Assembly: GCA_032718475.1 (NCBI GenBank) | Contig: JAUCBJ010002975.1 | Span: forward strand, 1-36,612 | Direction of reading: 5' to 3' | From: Nemertoderma westbladi | Taxonomy: Eukaryota; Animalia; Xenacoelomorpha | Length of the DNA stretch: 36,612 nt | Shown: positions 33,508 through 36,612 of the stretch, in pieces | Position numbering within the stretch: position 1 is the first letter of the stretch | Layout: each line of letters opens with the position of its first letter | The notes under the pieces: model-generated | What the model was told of the DNA's origin: nothing | Seen by the model: only the letters and a program-made list of their open reading frames with translations | Database searches by the model: none | Position numbers and translations under genes: made by a program

Positions 33508-33808
33508 TATTGGGATCGGAAATAAATGAATACCAGCTGCATCAGTTTATTAATGGTCGACATACAGAACAGCATATCAAACAATAATAAGAACCAACAG
33601 ACCAACGAACACACCCACCACCTTACAGCACATCAGTACAGCAGTACAGTAGGTACCGGTAACGGCTACTGTACCTACAGACCTAGAAGATAGGAAAGAC
33701 TGAATACCGGAATACCAGAAGAGGACCGGTAGGTAAAAGACCAGTAGGTTGGATCTAACCACCACCAAGCCAGGGTCTACTAGAGCCCTAACAATACATA
33801 ATCTAACA
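33508..33808 (-). repeat. 5' LTR (301 bp)
   Basis: Direct repeat of 29017-29317. Confidence 0.97.
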
Positions 33809-34139
33809 TATATTAAGGCATTTCTGCATTTAATAACCATAGAAGGTTGTATTCGAGTTGTTGTACTGTATTATTGTGTCAAAACATAAATAAATAAAGA
33901 ACAAATCATTCAAACTTTGAAAAGTTTTCAACGGCTGTTTGTCTGAATTAATAAACAAAAAAGCTATTTATCATTATTTTTTTTATTATATATAATAGTA
34001 AAAAAAACACACTAAATGGGAAATTTTATTAAATACGGTTATAAAAATTCTACCAATTTTACATCCCACCACCAGCCAATGTTACCTAGGTTACAAATAT
34101 AAACAATAACAATTATATTAATATTAGAATACCGGTATT

Positions 34140-34645
34140 ACCACAGTAGGCACTCCAGGGCATGGTGTGGTTGGGTCGGCTGCAGACTGCAGAATAAACC
34201 CAGGGCTCGACATGAATGACGGCCACCACGGAGGCAGGGGGAGTTGGACCGAAGGAGCGTGAACTGCAGTCGCCGACGCAGACCCGCCAGGACGCACGCG
34301 AGGCCCCTTTCCGCATACCGTCCCGACCAGCCACGAGTGTCTCGGCGAGATGCTGATTAGATCGATAGAAGAGATCGATAGAGAGATAGAACGACACCAC
34401 TCTCTGGTTAGCCCGCCAGACCCACCGAGCGATCAGGATAACGGAGCGCCAGGTTGTCCCGAAACTCATATGGACTGAGGTCGGTGTCGGAAACATTGAG
34501 TACGCTGGGTTGGGTTGTCAGCCAGTCCCCAGTCTTATTGAGGACTGTGCGAGTCAATGTTAGCCGTCGGTCGGCCGGTAGCGACGCTAAAGCCAGATTC
34601 GATACGTACGCCGCATCCTGGGTCTTGCGGCTTTCAGAGCACAGA
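34140..34645 (-). mobile_element. Degenerate CRE-like (RLE-type) non-LTR retrotransposon 3' fragment
   Basis: Manual translation gives KTGDWLTTQPS...DLSPYEFRDNLALRY, then after a stop and frameshifts HLAETL and LRRRLQFTLLRSNSPCLRG, matching CRE-clade C-terminal motifs (WL...FRDALALRY; LR.RLSFALLRS...CLRG). Confidence 0.7.
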
Positions 34646-35231
34646 GAGAACTGTTCGCAGAATCAATACATTATATATATATATTGATTAATAACTAATA
34701 ACTAATTACTAATAATTATTTTTATAATAATGGTATGTTAAATGATCTCCATATAGCGAAAAAATGTAAACCGGAAATTTTTCTATCCAGTAACTGATAT
34801 GAAATAAGAACTAAATTGTAATGAAAACAAATAATATAAGTTACAATCAAAATGTAGACAAACCGAATTATATAGTTAATAGTTAATAATAGTAGATTCG
34901 CTAAACTCTGATCTTCATTTCTATTTTATCCATCGGTACGTAGCTGTAAGAGTCAGTGCAGCAGTGAATGTGTAGGCCTACTAGGGATGGGACGGAGCTA
35001 AAATTATAGGGTTACCCGGAGCCGGATTTCAGCAGCAGTTGCTCCAGCCGGAAGGCCGGAGTTTTTATTTGATCTTTATTACAGTACAGTATTATACTAT
35101 TTTATTATAATATATATATCCCTTATTCTCTCATGGTGGACCGATAATCATTGTGTAATGTAAATATTTTGCCGCTATAATGAACCATAGTTTATTTTAG
35201 ATTAATCAATTTTAGACTCATCTTATTTAAT

Positions 35232-35530
35232 TGTGGGGCGAGCCACTTAGCATATGGGTGCCATTAACGAGTTGTCTGTCGTCGTTGTAAATATTGGATC
35301 GCTAATAACTCAGTCATTCCTTGATGAAATTAAACGAAACTTCGTACGTATGTCAAAAGTTTAGAAAGAATCTGAATTTTGGTAAAAAACGAACGAACGC
35401 AAACGCAACGAGGCAAATGAAGGAAACGAGTTATTGTGTTGATGACTTCTGACTAACGACAGACAACTCGTTAATGGGGCCCCTATAAGCTAAGGCTTTG
35501 CTCACTTCGTGCTGCGCGAAGACCCCACGA
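35232..35530 (+). mobile_element. Second complete GTGGGGCGAGCCAC...CCCCAC element with its own sub-terminal IR
   Basis: Same termini as 27260-27781; CTTAGCATATGGGTGCCATTAACGAGTTGTCTGTCGT mirrored at about 35456-35494. Confidence 0.75.
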
Positions 35531-36124
35531 ACGTGTACCTATTTAGACAGTTATTTTTTATTTACTTAAAATCGCGCATTCTATTAAATGTATATTGATG
35601 CACTGTATACTGTATTGTTGATACCAAAGCCTTATTTAAGTTTTTCTCAGTTTTTAGTTTGTGAGCACATCATGAGCATGTGCTAATTTGATTGATTTTG
35701 ATTTGATTGAATTATTTGACGATTTGATGAAATGTTGCTCAACTTTCGTTTTCACAGTTATTCACAATAGTTATTTTTAGTCGTTAAATTTTAATGTTCG
35801 TGATACTTATTATTCCGCTAAATTTCGCTATTTCTAAATTTCCTTTAAGAAATTCTATTACTTTTCGAAAGAACAAGAAAGGTTTATCTGGAGTCACGGT
35901 ACCAACTTTACGAGTCATAATTTGATGGGAGATGGGGTGGCCTGGCCATGGTCAGCCTAGAATGAGTGCAGAATAAGATACGTCTTCTTGTACGACGAGG
36001 TTGGCTTGGGTGAACTCGGGAAATGGATAGATTGGATACTGTAACATTTATCTCTGTTTGTGATAAAAATTGAAAAAAATATAAAATAACAAAAAATTTA
36101 ACGCCGATTTCAAATATTATAAAT

Positions 36125-36300
36125 TAAATTGAGTTTATTGCGAGAAAATAATATTCGATATTAATTATAATATTTCGAACCGACTGGATGGCGGGGCGGT
36201 GCTTCATCAGATCCAGAATAATAAGGGTACAATAGAAAAATATAAAAGTGTGGTAATATATTATAATATTTGAATTTTTTCTCGCAATAAACTCAATTTA
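36125..36300. repeat. Short inverted-repeat element
   Basis: TAAATTGAGTTTATTGCGAGAAAA mirrored by TTTTCTCGCAATAAACTCAATTTA. Confidence 0.7.
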
Positions 36301-36612
36301 CATTTATAATATTATGCATCAACCATCATTAACTCATCATCAGTATCGCCGCTTTCAAATCTGAAAACGATATGGCGAGATCTCTTTTAGTTCTCGAGTT
36401 ATACAGTAGCTGCCTATCTGCCTGTCAGTCAGTCTGTCTGACAAAATAGAATAAACAATATAACAAAATAAACACATGCATTGTACAATTTTCGCGATAG
36501 GATTTTCCCCTTTTGGTGATCAAATTTATAAAGTTAGTTTTAATGTTTCGTGGATACTAGATTGTCTGTCTATCTCCCTGCCTGTATATCTATCTGTCCG
36601 TCGGCCTGTCAG

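Larger units (their letters stand above)
29017..33808 (-). mobile_element. Ty3/gypsy (Mag-like) LTR retrotransposon, structurally intact but lacking RT/RNase H
   Basis: Two 301-bp LTRs; TSD TATAT (29012-29016, 33809-33813); PBS next to the 5' LTR; PPT GGGGGAGA next to the 3' LTR; single gag-pol ORF. Confidence 0.97.

Overview
AT-rich eukaryotic (most likely invertebrate animal) DNA, not prokaryotic. It holds two spliced protein-coding genes on the minus strand. (1) The 5' part of a cubilin-like gene: five small GT-AG exons at 12285-12200, 6689-6557, 2551-2447, 2143-2060 and 1221-1081, encoding a signal peptide, the cubilin N-terminal region, a coiled coil and a first EGF domain; the ORF track almost entirely misses it. 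(2) A complete NPHP4 (nephrocystin-4) gene in only four coding exons (25698-15743, 1370 aa by my exon join), with a perfect RFX X-box upstream. The most unusual object is a 4.8-kb Ty3/gypsy (Mag-like) LTR retrotransposon at 29017-33808. It has identical 301-bp LTRs, a TATAT target duplication, PBS, PPT and one uninterrupted 1238-aa ORF. In that ORF the reverse transcriptase core and RNase H are replaced in frame by about 42 copies of a 12-bp repeat encoding (ITSD)n. Its leader carries an inverted copy of its own U5-PBS junction. The rest is dense with repeats: 41-, 20- and 33-bp tandem arrays, a fold-back palindrome, V-domain-like tRNA-SINEs, RTE- and CRE-like LINE fragments and several hairpin- or inverted-repeat-ended non-autonomous elements. 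Family assignments come from motif recognition by eye, not database searches.
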